Of a stretch of DNA of 64,000 nucleotides, positions 13,262-23,808 are shown piece after piece. The DNA is from Candidatus Zhuqueibacterota bacterium. GTDB taxonomy: Bacteria > Zhuqueibacterota > Zhuqueibacteria > Thermofontimicrobiales > Thermofontimicrobiaceae. Position numbers and translations under genes: made by a program. Numbering within the stretch: position 1 is the first letter of the stretch; each line of letters begins with the position of its first letter. The notes below the pieces were generated by a model. It saw only the letters and a program-made list of their open reading frames with translations. It was not told the origin of the DNA and did no database searches. The stretch is taken from contig JBMOPW010000002.1 in NCBI GenBank assembly GCA_049322915.1, positions 73,473 to 137,472 on the forward strand. The letters run 5' to 3'.

Positions 13262-14050
13262 ATGAAGCGAAAAATAATAACGATCGATGAAGCGCTGTGC
13301 AACGGCTGCGGCAACTGCATTGTGGGCTGTTCCGAGGGTGCGCTGGCGCTGGTGAATGGCAAGGCGAAACTTGTCAGGGAAAACTACTGCGATGGATTTG
13401 GCGACTGTGTGGGTGCATGTCCCACCGGAGCACTGGTGATTGTCGAGCGGGAAGCGGAGGATTTTAACGAGACCGCGGTGAAAGAGCATCTGCTGGAAAC
13501 CCAGGGCATCGAAGCGGTGTGGCGCATGGAAGAGGCGCAGGAAAAACATCACGCACATCACGCAGCCGAAGAAATTCATCTGGGCTGCCCCGGTTCGCGC
13601 GCGCGGGAAATGGCCAAGTCCGCGCCGTCAACGCCAGCGACCGCCATGACCGGCGCCCCGGTGATGCCGTCGGAATTGACGCATTGGCCGGTGCAGATCC
13701 ATCTCGTTCAACCCGGCGCGACCTTTTTCCGCAACAAAGAACTGGTCGTGATGAGCACCTGTGGCCCGCTGGCCTCTGCAGATGTCCACTGGCGCTATCT
13801 GCGGGGACGGAGCGTTGTTGTCGGCTGCCCCAAACTGGATGACACGCGGAACTACGCAGCAAAACTGGGCCAGATATTGGCTGATTCCACCATTCCGAAA
13901 GTCATCATCGCGCGGATGGAGGTGCCCTGCTGCGGCGGATTGACCATGATCGTGAAACAGGCGGTGCAGCTTTCCGGGCGTGGCAATCTGGTCATGCAGG
14001 AAGACGTACTCGGCATTAACGGCGCCATTTTATCCAGCCGACTGGAGTGA
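13262..14050 (+). CDS. 4Fe-4S ferredoxin-domain protein (FrdX-like, typically hcp-associated)
   Basis: CNGCGNCIVGC and CDGFGDCVGAC clusters; GCPGS, SELTHWPVQIHL, GCPKLD, MEVPCC motifs; GGAGGT RBS. Confidence 0.85.
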   Translation: MKRKIITIDEALCNGCGNCIVGCSEGALALVNGKAKLVRENYCDGFGDCVGACPTGALVIVEREAEDFNETAVKEHLLETQGIEAVWRMEEAQEKHHAHHAAEEIHLGCPGSRAREMAKSAPSTPATAMTGAPVMPSELTHWPVQIHLVQPGATFFRNKELVVMSTCGPLASADVHWRYLRGRSVVVGCPKLDDTRNYAAKLGQILADSTIPKVIIARMEVPCCGGLTMIVKQAVQLSGRGNLVMQEDVLGINGAILSSRLE

Positions 14051-14156
14051 TGCGCCTTTGTCCGAATACGGTGCAGCTTCGTTGACGATAATCAGAAAAA
14101 TGCGATGGGAACTTTGATGACATAAAATGATTTAATAGAAAAACATAAATGAAATT

Positions 14157-14384
14157 GTAACTGCTGCTCAGGTTCCAGGTTTCAAGGTTCATCGTTCCGG
14201 GTTAAAGAGAATTTTCGTCGCTATCAGGCATGTCGTCTTGCCACGAAGTCGCCAGGCCACAAAGCTGAGCCTTTAGCTAATTGAAAATCTGAATGTTGAC
14301 TCAAATTCTGAGCAAGTTCATGAATAATTCAGGTTAGATGAATTTTTTTCTTCGTGCCTTTGAGACTTGTGGCTGAGCAGTAAC
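14157..14384. repeat. Dispersed inverted-ended repeat, copy A, containing the right part of the 161-bp MITE (14263-14333)
   Basis: Ends gtaactgctgctcag / ctgagcagtaac; core 14167-14233 nearly identical to 17456-17523. Confidence 0.7.
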
Positions 14385-14396
14385 TTGAAATTGTAA

Positions 14397-15236
14397 ATGA
14401 GAGGCGTAATTATGCACAAAGACGAGATGATCGATTTTCAGCGGGACGTCATCGACGCCAGTTTCAAAACCCCCATCGTGATCGACTTCTGGGCTGAATG
14501 GTGCGGACCCTGCCGCATTTTAGGGCCGGTATTGGAGCGGTTAGCTGCCCGCGCGAACGGCGCGTGGAAGCTGGTGAAAATCAATACAGAACTGCAAGCT
14601 GACATTGCCATGCAGTTCGACATCAGCAGCATTCCGGCGGTCAAATTGGTTTACAAAGCTGAAGTTATCAGCGAGTTCGTTGGCGCGTTGCCGGAGAATC
14701 AGATCGTTCAATGGCTGGAAAAAAACATCCCCAACGAATCCAAAGATCTGGTGGAGAGCGCCAAACTTGCCTGGCGCGCCAATGACCCGAAAAAGGCCAT
14801 CAAGCTGTTGAGTCAGGCGATTGAACTGGATGAAGAGAATATCGAAGCCAGAGTGATGCTTGCGAAAGCGCTGTTCGTAAAAGAGCAGGAGAAGGCGCTG
14901 CAACTGGTGGACACGATCCAGGAGGGCAGCCCATTTTTCGAAGATGTCGCCAGCATGCGGGCGCTGCTCCGACTGACGACGGAGTATGCGGCCATCAAAG
15001 CGCTCGCAGCAAAGCATGACACCCCGGCCTGGAGGGATTATCTCAAAGGAATTGATGCCTATCTGAAGATGGATTTCGAAACCGCGCTGGAATGGTGGAT
15101 CGATTCAATCATTGTGGATCGAACCATCGATGATGATGGCGCGCGCAAAGCCTGCGTGGCGCTGTTCAGGCAGTTAGGGCGCGAACATGAAATCACGCAA
15201 AAATTTCACCGGCGATTTTCCTCGGCATTGTATTGA
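14397..15236 (+). CDS. cnoX: Thioredoxin-TPR co-chaperone (CnoX/YbbN family)
   Basis: DFWAEWCGPC thioredoxin domain, helical TPR region, C-terminal DDGARKA...RRFSSALY. Confidence 0.85.
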   Translation: MRGVIMHKDEMIDFQRDVIDASFKTPIVIDFWAEWCGPCRILGPVLERLAARANGAWKLVKINTELQADIAMQFDISSIPAVKLVYKAEVISEFVGALPENQIVQWLEKNIPNESKDLVESAKLAWRANDPKKAIKLLSQAIELDEENIEARVMLAKALFVKEQEKALQLVDTIQEGSPFFEDVASMRALLRLTTEYAAIKALAAKHDTPAWRDYLKGIDAYLKMDFETALEWWIDSIIVDRTIDDDGARKACVALFRQLGREHEITQKFHRRFSSALY

Positions 15237-15335
15237 AATCGATCGGGCGCCGGCCCAAATCGAACGGATGAAATCGCAATGGCCGGATGCATCGCCTGCG
15301 GCAACTCATTTTGAACAGACTGTGACAACACCATC

Positions 15336-15370
15336 ACCTCCTGAGAAGGACTTTTTCAGGAGGTTTTTTT
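15336..15370 (+). terminator. Rho-independent terminator after cnoX
   Basis: acctcctga...tcaggaggt stem plus T-tract. Confidence 0.75.
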
Positions 15371-15419
15371 ATTGGGGCTGGTGCGCAAGTTGCGCTGTCG
15401 GAAGCATCCGGCGCGGGAT

Positions 15420-16595
15420 TTATTTTATGAGCGCCTGAATAGCGTGCAGAGACTCTTCGATCTCTTCTTCGGTGTTATAAAAATGGGGTGAAAATCGAAG
15501 CAGGCCTTCGCGCAGGGAGATGAAAATTTTTCCGGAAGTGAGGCCATCGAACACGCGCTGGGGATTCGCTGCCTGGGGCAGCTTGAGTGTGACGATGCCG
15601 GCGCGGTCATTGGGCGAGACAGGCGAGTACAGCGTCGCGCCATCCATGCTGAGAATGCCCCTGGTCAGCTTTTGGGTCAATGCAGCGATGTGGCGTTCGA
15701 TCCCATCGATGCCGAATTCCAGCAGCGTTTTGAGCGCCGCTTCCAGTCCCCACAAACCTGGAATATTTGCCGTCCCGCCTTCGTATCGGTTCGCTGCCGG
15801 CGATAACGATTGGTCGTAGTTGAAGAAATCCCACGGTTCAGCTACAGACAGCCAGCCGAGATATTGCTGATGAATTCGCTGTTGCAGCGCTTCGGTGAGA
15901 TAGAGAAATCCGGTGCCCTTGGGTCCCATTTGCCACTTCTGGCAACCGGCAGCCAGTCCGTCGATGCGCATAGCCTGCACATCGATGTTCACAGCGCCGA
16001 CCGCCTGAATGCCATCGACAAAAAACAATATCCCTTTGTCCCTGCACAACGTCCCGACATTGGCCAGATCGGCGCGATAGCCGGAGAGAAATTGGACCGC
16101 GCTCAACGACACGAGTCGGGTGGCCGGCGTGATGGCCGCTTCAATCTTCTCCGCCGGAATCGTCCCGTTTTCGGATTTCACAAAATCGATGTCAACGCCA
16201 AAGCGGTGAAGGTTCAGGAACGGGTAGACATTGGCGGGAAATTCCAGGTCATTGAGCAACACGCGATCACCTTTTTGCCAGGGCAGCCCGGAAACGACAA
16301 TGTTGATGGCGTCGGATGTGTTGCCGGTCAGCGCGATCCTGTGCCGGGATTCCGCGTGAATGAGCACGTGAATCAGGGACTTGGTCGATTTGATGATGCT
16401 GGTATAGGTCGTGTCGTTGATGTCGCCGCAGCAGCGTTCATTCAGATGATGCATCATTGCGTCGACCACCCGCTGCGACTGGGGGCTGAGTGACGCATGG
16501 TTGAGGTAAATCATGCCGTTTTGAGTATGCGGGAACAGCGCCCGCGCGCGGGCTATTATTTCCGGTGAAAACGTTTTTGCTGAATCGGAGAGCAT
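15420..16595 (-). CDS. Class V PLP-dependent aminotransferase / cysteine desulfurase-like
   Basis: IYLNHAS, EFPAN, VDGIQAVG, QKWQMGPKGTG, RYEGGT, RFSPHFYN. Confidence 0.88.
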   Translation of the reverse strand: MLSDSAKTFSPEIIARARALFPHTQNGMIYLNHASLSPQSQRVVDAMMHHLNERCCGDINDTTYTSIIKSTKSLIHVLIHAESRHRIALTGNTSDAINIVVSGLPWQKGDRVLLNDLEFPANVYPFLNLHRFGVDIDFVKSENGTIPAEKIEAAITPATRLVSLSAVQFLSGYRADLANVGTLCRDKGILFFVDGIQAVGAVNIDVQAMRIDGLAAGCQKWQMGPKGTGFLYLTEALQQRIHQQYLGWLSVAEPWDFFNYDQSLSPAANRYEGGTANIPGLWGLEAALKTLLEFGIDGIERHIAALTQKLTRGILSMDGATLYSPVSPNDRAGIVTLKLPQAANPQRVFDGLTSGKIFISLREGLLRFSPHFYNTEEEIEESLHAIQALIK

Positions 16596-16710
16596 CAGTA
16601 TTCCTGGCTAAGAGTGAAAAAATCCTGTCCTGTGGCTGCGCCGGCAGCCCCAAACAGGTTGACGGATTGGTCAACTTCTTAATGAATGAGGTAGAGTCGA
16701 AAAAGCCTGC

Positions 16711-17385
16711 TCACACGCTCGCGCCGGAAGGGGCAGTCAGTCGGACTCCCAATTGATACGTTTCATCCAGCACCTGTTGATTGCGCAGGAAATCCTCGTC
16801 GACCAGATGCTGCGGGATATTCATCTTCTCGTAAACGAGCCGCAGCCGATTTTTGTCCATGGTGATCTGATTGGGAATGGCTAACCGTGTCGCGCAGATG
16901 GTTGACAGCGTGTTCTCTGTGCCCAATTCAAAACAGATGAATTTGAATAGATCGAGGATAGGCAGCGAGTCGTGTTTCAGCGGTGAACCCAGCGTGAGCA
17001 GAAGGACGAAATTTTTATGCCACTTCACCCACGGCGTATGTTTCAATCCATCTTCCAGGATTTGAACATGCACGAAGGAGCGAAATCGGTCCACAACTTT
17101 TTTGAGTTGCGATGGCATGTGGTGAAAATAGATGGGTGTAGCAAAAATAATCGTAGTGGCGTCAAGAATTTTTTGGCTGACCACAGGCCAAGCGTCCTTA
17201 TCCTGAGCGCACTTCTTCAAATGATTGCAGCGCAGACATCCGATGCAGGGTTCCAGATTCAGTTCATCCACTTTGATGATCTCGGCCGCCTCGCCATTGG
17301 TTTTGGCGCCGGTGATGAAAGATTTGAGCAGGATAGAGCTATTGCTATTTTTTCTCGGACTTCCATTAAATGCTAAAATGGACAT
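16711..17385 (-). CDS. Iron-sulfur flavoprotein / NADPH-dependent FMN reductase family
   Basis: NGSPRKNSNS, CIGCLRC...C, ATPIYF, QLKKVVDR. Confidence 0.85.
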   Translation of the reverse strand: MSILAFNGSPRKNSNSSILLKSFITGAKTNGEAAEIIKVDELNLEPCIGCLRCNHLKKCAQDKDAWPVVSQKILDATTIIFATPIYFHHMPSQLKKVVDRFRSFVHVQILEDGLKHTPWVKWHKNFVLLLTLGSPLKHDSLPILDLFKFICFELGTENTLSTICATRLAIPNQITMDKNRLRLVYEKMNIPQHLVDEDFLRNQQVLDETYQLGVRLTAPSGASV

Positions 17386-17445
17386 GTATTTCTCCCAAAC
17401 CTGATCGGAGCATTGACTGCCAATCAGGCTAATTGTTGTTATGTT

Positions 17446-17639
17446 TTAACTAGTACTCAGGTTCCAGGTTTAAAGGTTCCCGGTTCCGGGTTAAAGAGAA
17501 TTTTCGTCGCTATCCAGGCATGTAGATTCGCCGCGAAGTCACCAATCCGCAAAGTTACACGAAGATGTCATTTTATTCGTTCTTGTTTTGTGCAATTCAT
17601 TTTTTTAAACCACGTTCAGCTTTGTGGCTGAGCAGTTAC
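17446..17639. repeat. Dispersed inverted-ended repeat, copy B
   Basis: Shares ctcaggttccaggttt...gggttaaagagaattttcgtcgctatc and the terminal ttgtggctgagcagt with 14157-14384. Confidence 0.7.
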
Positions 17640-17736
17640 GCGCAACGCTCAGATGAAATTAAAGCTGTCGCGCCGCATGATGGCCGGCGCTCTGGCAGCG
17701 GCGACGGGCAGGTCGAATTCGGATGAATGCAAGCGC

Positions 17737-18123
17737 TCATCCCCCGGTCGGCATGAACAGCATCACGACGTTTCGTTCCGAATCGAAGATCCAGGCGTGC
17801 TTGCCCCAGGCAGTTGTCAAAATATTGGACTCCCCGGACATCCCCTGTTTGATGTGGTTGGGGACGAAAAATTCAACGTGATTCGCAGCGAGATTCTCGA
17901 CGAATTGCTCCATGTCCTTGTCGACCAGCAGAATGAGGCCGTTGGATGATCCTTCCGTGCCCAGCCAGATGATGGCATTCTCAATTTTCATGGCCGCCCA
18001 GGAATTCTCATCGGTTTCATCCAGTTTGCCCAGCAGGCTGAAGCCAAAATGGCGCTGGTAAAATTGGATGGCGCGATCGATATCTTCGGCAAAAAGATGA
18101 AAGTTGGCCTGAATTCTGTTCAT
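17737..18123 (-). CDS. VOC (glyoxalase/bleomycin-resistance) family protein
   Basis: EDIDRAIQFYQRHFGF; WGKHAWIFDSERN. Confidence 0.8.
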   Translation of the reverse strand: MNRIQANFHLFAEDIDRAIQFYQRHFGFSLLGKLDETDENSWAAMKIENAIIWLGTEGSSNGLILLVDKDMEQFVENLAANHVEFFVPNHIKQGMSGESNILTTAWGKHAWIFDSERNVVMLFMPTGG

Positions 18124-18419
18124 ACGTAGCTCCCAGGTTGCGATTTGATGTTGTGAACGAATTTGAATCCGACGCAGAATGATATGATGCTCGCAGTGAT
18201 TTCAAATAGTAACTTCATTGGCCCAAAGTCCGGCCCGAATGAACTGTATTTCCAAAACAATCCCGGCGAAAATGCGGCGGCGCGGGCCATTCGGGCGATT
18301 TTAAAAAACCTGCAAATATACGAATTTATTTTCAATAAATCAATCTGAAAAATGAACTCGTCGGCATTGTCGAACGCTCCGCTTTCCGATAGCGAGGCTA
18401 ACACACTATCGCGAGTTGC

Positions 18420-19394
18420 TCAGAATTCCATGTTGGGCGTGAATAGCCATACGAGCTGGTTCGAATAGGACGCCTCAAATCCTCCGGCAGTGTGATCGTA
18501 GCGCCGAAGCGATTCCCATTTCACCCCGGCTCCTATCACGAGAAATGCCGTCCGTTCGCCCAGCCTGACCGGAAATTTCTTGGCAATGCTCACCATTTGA
18601 AACGAGGCAGGAGTCTCGGTGTCCTCATGTTGCAGCGGTAATTTAGCCTGGTATTTGAGAATTGAATTTTTGAGAAGAGAAAAACCGGTTGTCTGATAGT
18701 CGGTGCTGTTTCGTTCCAATGAGACCGTCAGGGCGTTGCTCAGAAAGCAGTCTTGGTACACCTTTGTGCCGATCCGAAAATTCCAGAACAGTCGTTGTTG
18801 TGGTGATTGAGAAATGCCGATGAGCATCAATTCAGCCTGGTACCAGCGACCGATGAGATAGATATTGTTATGAATGAAATGGTTGCCTCCGGACAGCAGA
18901 AATCCGGCCAGCGCTGAACCGGCATTTCTGGCGTGAGTTAGGTCAGCGTCGGATTCGCGGTAGGCCAGCCGGATAATATTGCCCAGGAAGAGCGACATGG
19001 CATACGGCTCCTCATTTCCGGACCCTAACGTGCGAAGCCCATTGATACTCCCGTAAATCTGGAATCGCCGGTACCAGTTGTAATGGCTCGTTTCCCAATG
19101 ACTGCTCCACGCGGAGAACGGGTAGAGCGTGGCTTGAATCAAAAAATATTTAGGCAGGAACAGGCGCTTCAGCAACTCGGCGTAAATGGCTCGTTCCCGA
19201 CCGGATTCCATGATGCGGGGGCGCTGCAAGCCCAGGTACAGCGAGCTGTACGGTTTGTACAAATCGAATGTGGCCTGACATCGAACGTAGACGCTTCCCA
19301 CGCGGCTTTCCCTGGAAAGACTCTGAGCGGAGCCTCTCCCCGGGACGAACAGGAATAGGATAATGGCTAACAAAACTCTGCGTTGTATTTTCAT
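18420..19394 (-). CDS. Secreted hypothetical protein, possibly outer membrane
   Basis: Signal peptide, amphipathic beta-like segments, C-terminal Phe (FTPNMEF). Confidence 0.6.
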   Translation of the reverse strand: MKIQRRVLLAIILFLFVPGRGSAQSLSRESRVGSVYVRCQATFDLYKPYSSLYLGLQRPRIMESGRERAIYAELLKRLFLPKYFLIQATLYPFSAWSSHWETSHYNWYRRFQIYGSINGLRTLGSGNEEPYAMSLFLGNIIRLAYRESDADLTHARNAGSALAGFLLSGGNHFIHNNIYLIGRWYQAELMLIGISQSPQQRLFWNFRIGTKVYQDCFLSNALTVSLERNSTDYQTTGFSLLKNSILKYQAKLPLQHEDTETPASFQMVSIAKKFPVRLGERTAFLVIGAGVKWESLRRYDHTAGGFEASYSNQLVWLFTPNMEF

Positions 19395-19482
19395 CGAACC
19401 CTATTTTGGATTGATCATCAAATATTTACCCTCGAATCCCAAATTTAACAGTGCGTTCGTCAACTGAGCAGCGGCGCAGTAA

Positions 19483-21147
19483 CTATCGCTGCATGGATTT
19501 GGGGATCCACCACTGTTCCAGATTGTAGTCAAAACCCACCGGCATGGGATAGGGCTTTACGCCCTGAACGCGCTTATTCGTGGCCAGCATGCTGTCCCGT
19601 AAAAAAAGATAAATCACCGGCACATCTTCCGTGATAATTTCCTGCGCCTCGTAAAGGTACTGCCGCTGTTCGTTCTGGTCGAAAGTGCGCAGGGAGTTCT
19701 CCAGAATTCTATCCAATTCCGGATTGATGTAGGTAGCCCAGTTGTATTCGGTATCATGAATCTGGCTGGAGTGGAATTCGAACGTCAAATCCGGTTCCAG
19801 CACACCCTGACCGCCACGCGTGACGCACATATCAAAATTGCGCTGGGCGACGAAGGTATTGAGGTAGACGCTCCATTCCACCACTTTGATCTTCATGTTC
19901 ACGCCGACTTCCTTCAATTGCTGCTGAACGATGGTGATGATTTGTTGCACGGCTTCGTTCTGGTGCGCCAGCATGGTGAATTCGAACGGCTTGCCGTCTT
20001 TCATGAGAATGCCATTGCTGTTGACTTCGGTCCAGCCGGCTTCCGCCAGCAGTTGTCTGGCTTGTTCCGGGTCGAATGGATATTTTTTGATATTGGGATT
20101 ATGCGCCCATGAATTCTCCGGAATGGGCCCCCAGCAGGGTCGTCCCATGCCGAACTGGACGCCATCGATGATGCTCTGCTTGTCGATGGCATAGTAAAAA
20201 GCCTGACGCACGCGCCTGTCCTGGAACAGCGGCACCTTCAGATTGAACACCAGCCCGTACATGTAGGTGTCCTGATATTGGAATTTGTTGACGTGCTGTT
20301 CCACTTCCGAGCCGACCAGATCGCGGATGAACTGCGTAGTGTGCAGCCGCGTCACCAGATCGAGATGGCCGGCTTTCAATTCCAGAATCTGTACAGCCGC
20401 TTCCGGGATGATTCTGAAAATCATGCGGTCCAGATAGGGACGTCCCCAGTAGCTTTTCTCGTTGGCCAGAAGCGTGATCTGTTCATTGCTTAGCCACTCG
20501 CCAAATTTGAACCTCCCATAGCCCATGGGATGGCGATTGAAGTCGTCGGTATTAATATCCTTGCCATCAAGGATGTGCTTCGGCAGGACGCCAATATCCC
20601 AGCGGTACACGGCGTAGACAAATGGTTCGTTGTAATAGACTTTGAACTGGTACTTGTCCAGCGCAATCACGGTATCGATTCGACTGAACGCGTAATGGAC
20701 AATTGTTTTCGTCGTTGGATCGATGGCTTTTTTGTAGGTGAAAATAACATCCTCGGTCGTCACCTCCACGCCGTCTTCCCAAAGAACGCCTTCGCGAATC
20801 TTGAACGTGAGTTCCTTGCCGGACTCGGAAAATTGCCAGTGCTCTGCCAGGACCGGCAGCAGCCTGGGCATGCCTGGATTGGCCGGGTCTTCCAGAATTC
20901 GCACCAGGGGAGGGAACAAGTGAATTATCACTTCGCACGACGCCCCGTCGCTGTAGCCGTAGAGCGGCTGCAGCGAAACCGGCTCTCCGCTGAGCGCGCG
21001 CACCAACGTGCCGCCAAATTCCGGTTTGGCTGGATCGAACTGTTGCGCCTGGTCGGCGCTGGACTGCTGCTGCGATTCCTTGCCGCACGACACAAACATC
21101 GCGAGCAGCGTGACCAAAAGAGCAATTCGAAAAGACGCACGATTCAT
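19483..21147 (-). CDS. Peptide/nickel ABC transporter substrate-binding lipoprotein (family 5)
   Basis: Lipobox VSC; LAEHWQFS...TFKIREGVLWEDG; DRRVRQAF; YPFDPEQARQLLAEAGW. Confidence 0.9.
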   Translation of the reverse strand: MNRASFRIALLVTLLAMFVSCGKESQQQSSADQAQQFDPAKPEFGGTLVRALSGEPVSLQPLYGYSDGASCEVIIHLFPPLVRILEDPANPGMPRLLPVLAEHWQFSESGKELTFKIREGVLWEDGVEVTTEDVIFTYKKAIDPTTKTIVHYAFSRIDTVIALDKYQFKVYYNEPFVYAVYRWDIGVLPKHILDGKDINTDDFNRHPMGYGRFKFGEWLSNEQITLLANEKSYWGRPYLDRMIFRIIPEAAVQILELKAGHLDLVTRLHTTQFIRDLVGSEVEQHVNKFQYQDTYMYGLVFNLKVPLFQDRRVRQAFYYAIDKQSIIDGVQFGMGRPCWGPIPENSWAHNPNIKKYPFDPEQARQLLAEAGWTEVNSNGILMKDGKPFEFTMLAHQNEAVQQIITIVQQQLKEVGVNMKIKVVEWSVYLNTFVAQRNFDMCVTRGGQGVLEPDLTFEFHSSQIHDTEYNWATYINPELDRILENSLRTFDQNEQRQYLYEAQEIITEDVPVIYLFLRDSMLATNKRVQGVKPYPMPVGFDYNLEQWWIPKSMQR

Positions 21148-21646
21148 TGACAGACCTCCATTGTAAGTGACTGTTACATAACAATGGCATGAATATATTT
21201 AAAATTAAATCCGTTGTCAAGAGAAAATATTGTGGCAAGCCACGGCCATGCAGACAGATGGGAGGGAGGAGCCTCCATGCAGCAATATCGGGAGAATAGT
21301 TATTGTCGGATTGCACGGTATTAGTGGGAGCAGGAAAAAACAATTTGCTCAATTCAGCGATACTTCCTGTATTTTAAATGGGGGATTAGAGCGCATGATG
21401 CATCAAATTTTTTGATGAAAAATCAATTGACTCTCGTGATAATTATTTCTAAATTGATGCATGACGAAGGCGCTGACACCGGAAAACTGATTTGACTGGA
21501 GTCTGAAATTTTGTGATCTTTATCAAAACACAAATTCGAAATAAATGGTAATGTGCACAGGAGTAAAGATCAAAAATTTCATAGGGTTATTTTTTTGTGA
21601 GTTTTCCACGACTTCGTTTATTTACCTTTTTTTCAGGAGATGACAC

Positions 21647-23656
21647 ATGCAACATGAACAAACCCCGATTTTTTATCTCAGTGAAAAGGTTGATTCAGTC
21701 ATTGAAAACGTCATTGGTAGCGTTGGACCTACATTTAAACACGAACGACCTGAGAGCGCCGAAGATATTGTCGGCTTTTTCCACAATCAACAATCGCATT
21801 TCATTCTGATCCTCGACTCGGCGTTTTTCCTGAAAATTGCAGCCGATGCAACCTATCTGGCCGGGATCGATTCGGACCGATTCAGCATCATTCATTACAA
21901 TGCCGCTGGGCAGGACCCGTTCGACACACTGGCATCAAGTTCCACGCTCCCTGTCTTCACGTCACTGAGCGTTCCACTCAACAAAAGTCAACTCGCATTG
22001 GCGTTGATCAATTCCCGGAAACTGCTGCTGAGCAGGCTGGAAACAAAGCGGCTACAGTCCCGGTTGGAATTGCAGAACCAGGAGTTGCGCCAACTGAACG
22101 ACATCGGGATTGCCCTGTCTGCGGAACGCGATCCGGATGCGCTGCTCGAAATGATTTTACGGAAGAGCCGCGAAATAACCCTTGCAGACGCCGGGAGCCT
22201 GTATCTGGTTGAACATAAAAATGGCACCCCGGAAGATGCCAACAACTATTTTGCCAATAAACAACTCCGCTTCAAACTGGCGCACTGCGATTCAATCACG
22301 ATCCCATTCAAGGAAGCGGTCATGCCCATTCAGAAAAAGAGCATTGCCGGCTATGTGGCGCTGTCCGGTCAGGTCGTCAATATCCCGGATGTGTATCATC
22401 TGCCGGCGGATTCTGAATTTGGGCACAACCGAAGTTTCGACGAATCAGTGGGCTATCGCACAAAATCCATGCTGGTTATCCCGATGAAAAATCACAAAGA
22501 TGAGATCATCGGTGTGTTGCAGCTCATCAATAAAAAGAAGAATTGGCATTCGCGGCTCTCAACGCCGGAAGCCATCGCTGAGGCGATCGTTGATTTCGAT
22601 GAGAAGTGCGTGGACCTCGCCAACTCGCTGGCGAGCCAGGCCGCTGTGTCCATCGAGAACAACCGCCTGTATGAGGAAATCAAGAAGCTTTTCGAAGGAT
22701 TTATCAAAGCGTCGGTGCACGCCATTGAACAACGCGATCCCACCACGTCCGGTCACTCGGAGCGGGTGGCGATACTCACGACCGAATTGGCCAGGAAAGT
22801 CGATCAGGTGGATGTTGGCCGATTCAAATATGTGAAATTTTCGCGCGACCAGATTCAGCAGATCAACTATGCCTCGCTGCTCCATGACTTCGGCAAAATT
22901 GGAGTTCGCGAGGATGTGCTTGTCAAAGCTAAAAAATTATTTCCGCACGAACTGGATGCGCTGAAAAGCCGCTTCAAAATAATCAAACAAGCCACAGAGC
23001 TGGATTTTTCAAAGGAAAAAATAACAGCGCTGCTGGAAAAAGAGCGGGAGAAAGCGATTCGGCAGTTCAGGCTGCTGGACGAGGATGCTCAGAAGCGGAT
23101 TGTGGAACTCGATCGTTTCCTGGAATTCATCTGCGAGGTGAATGAACCCACGGTGCTCAAAGAGACCGGTTTTGAAATGCTGGAACATATTGCAGAGCTG
23201 ATTTTCAGGACAAACGGCGATTCGACCAAATTGCTGACTCCGAGAGAAGTCGAAGCATTGTCCATTCCCAAAGGGAGCCTGAGCAATCGGGAGCGCGTCG
23301 AAATTGAATCGCATGTGACGCACACATTCAATTTTTTGAGTCGCATCCCCTGGACAACCGAACTGCGACAGGTTCCGGAAATTGCCTACGCCCATCACGA
23401 AAAACTGGATGGCAGCGGTTACCCGCGCGGTCTCGACCGGAAGGATATCCCGATTCAATCCCAGATGATGACCATCGCCGACATTTACGATGCCTTGACC
23501 GCCTGGGACAGGCCTTACAAACGCGCGGTGCCGGTTGAAAAGGCGCTGCAGATTCTCCAGTGGGAGGTCAATGACGGTAAAGTGGATGCGGATCTATTCA
23601 AGCTCTTTGTAGAAGCAAAAGTCTTCGATATGGTCAGGAAACCGGACAATGCCTGA
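21647..23656 (+). CDS. GAF + HD-GYP cyclic-dinucleotide phosphodiesterase
   Basis: GAF (SIAGYVA, GYRTKSML); RDPTTSGHSERV, LLHDFGK, HHEKLDGSGYP, ADIYDALT..RPYK. Confidence 0.92.
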   Translation: MQHEQTPIFYLSEKVDSVIENVIGSVGPTFKHERPESAEDIVGFFHNQQSHFILILDSAFFLKIAADATYLAGIDSDRFSIIHYNAAGQDPFDTLASSSTLPVFTSLSVPLNKSQLALALINSRKLLLSRLETKRLQSRLELQNQELRQLNDIGIALSAERDPDALLEMILRKSREITLADAGSLYLVEHKNGTPEDANNYFANKQLRFKLAHCDSITIPFKEAVMPIQKKSIAGYVALSGQVVNIPDVYHLPADSEFGHNRSFDESVGYRTKSMLVIPMKNHKDEIIGVLQLINKKKNWHSRLSTPEAIAEAIVDFDEKCVDLANSLASQAAVSIENNRLYEEIKKLFEGFIKASVHAIEQRDPTTSGHSERVAILTTELARKVDQVDVGRFKYVKFSRDQIQQINYASLLHDFGKIGVREDVLVKAKKLFPHELDALKSRFKIIKQATELDFSKEKITALLEKEREKAIRQFRLLDEDAQKRIVELDRFLEFICEVNEPTVLKETGFEMLEHIAELIFRTNGDSTKLLTPREVEALSIPKGSLSNRERVEIESHVTHTFNFLSRIPWTTELRQVPEIAYAHHEKLDGSGYPRGLDRKDIPIQSQMMTIADIYDALTAWDRPYKRAVPVEKALQILQWEVNDGKVDADLFKLFVEAKVFDMVRKPDNA

Positions 23657-23808
23657 TTCCCTTCAGCGACTCTCTGACGTGCTGGCAGGCTGCAATTTTT
23701 CTGAAGAATAAATATTTGACTCATGAAGCTCTGGACTATCATCATTATTCCAGGGCTTTTTTTATTGAGTCGTACAATTCATGTCAGTCATAAATTTCCG
23801 GAGGTCTT

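Noticed and set aside
21400..21640. c-di-GMP riboswitch upstream of the HD-GYP gene
   Set aside because: No recognisable GEMM core or tetraloop/receptor pairing
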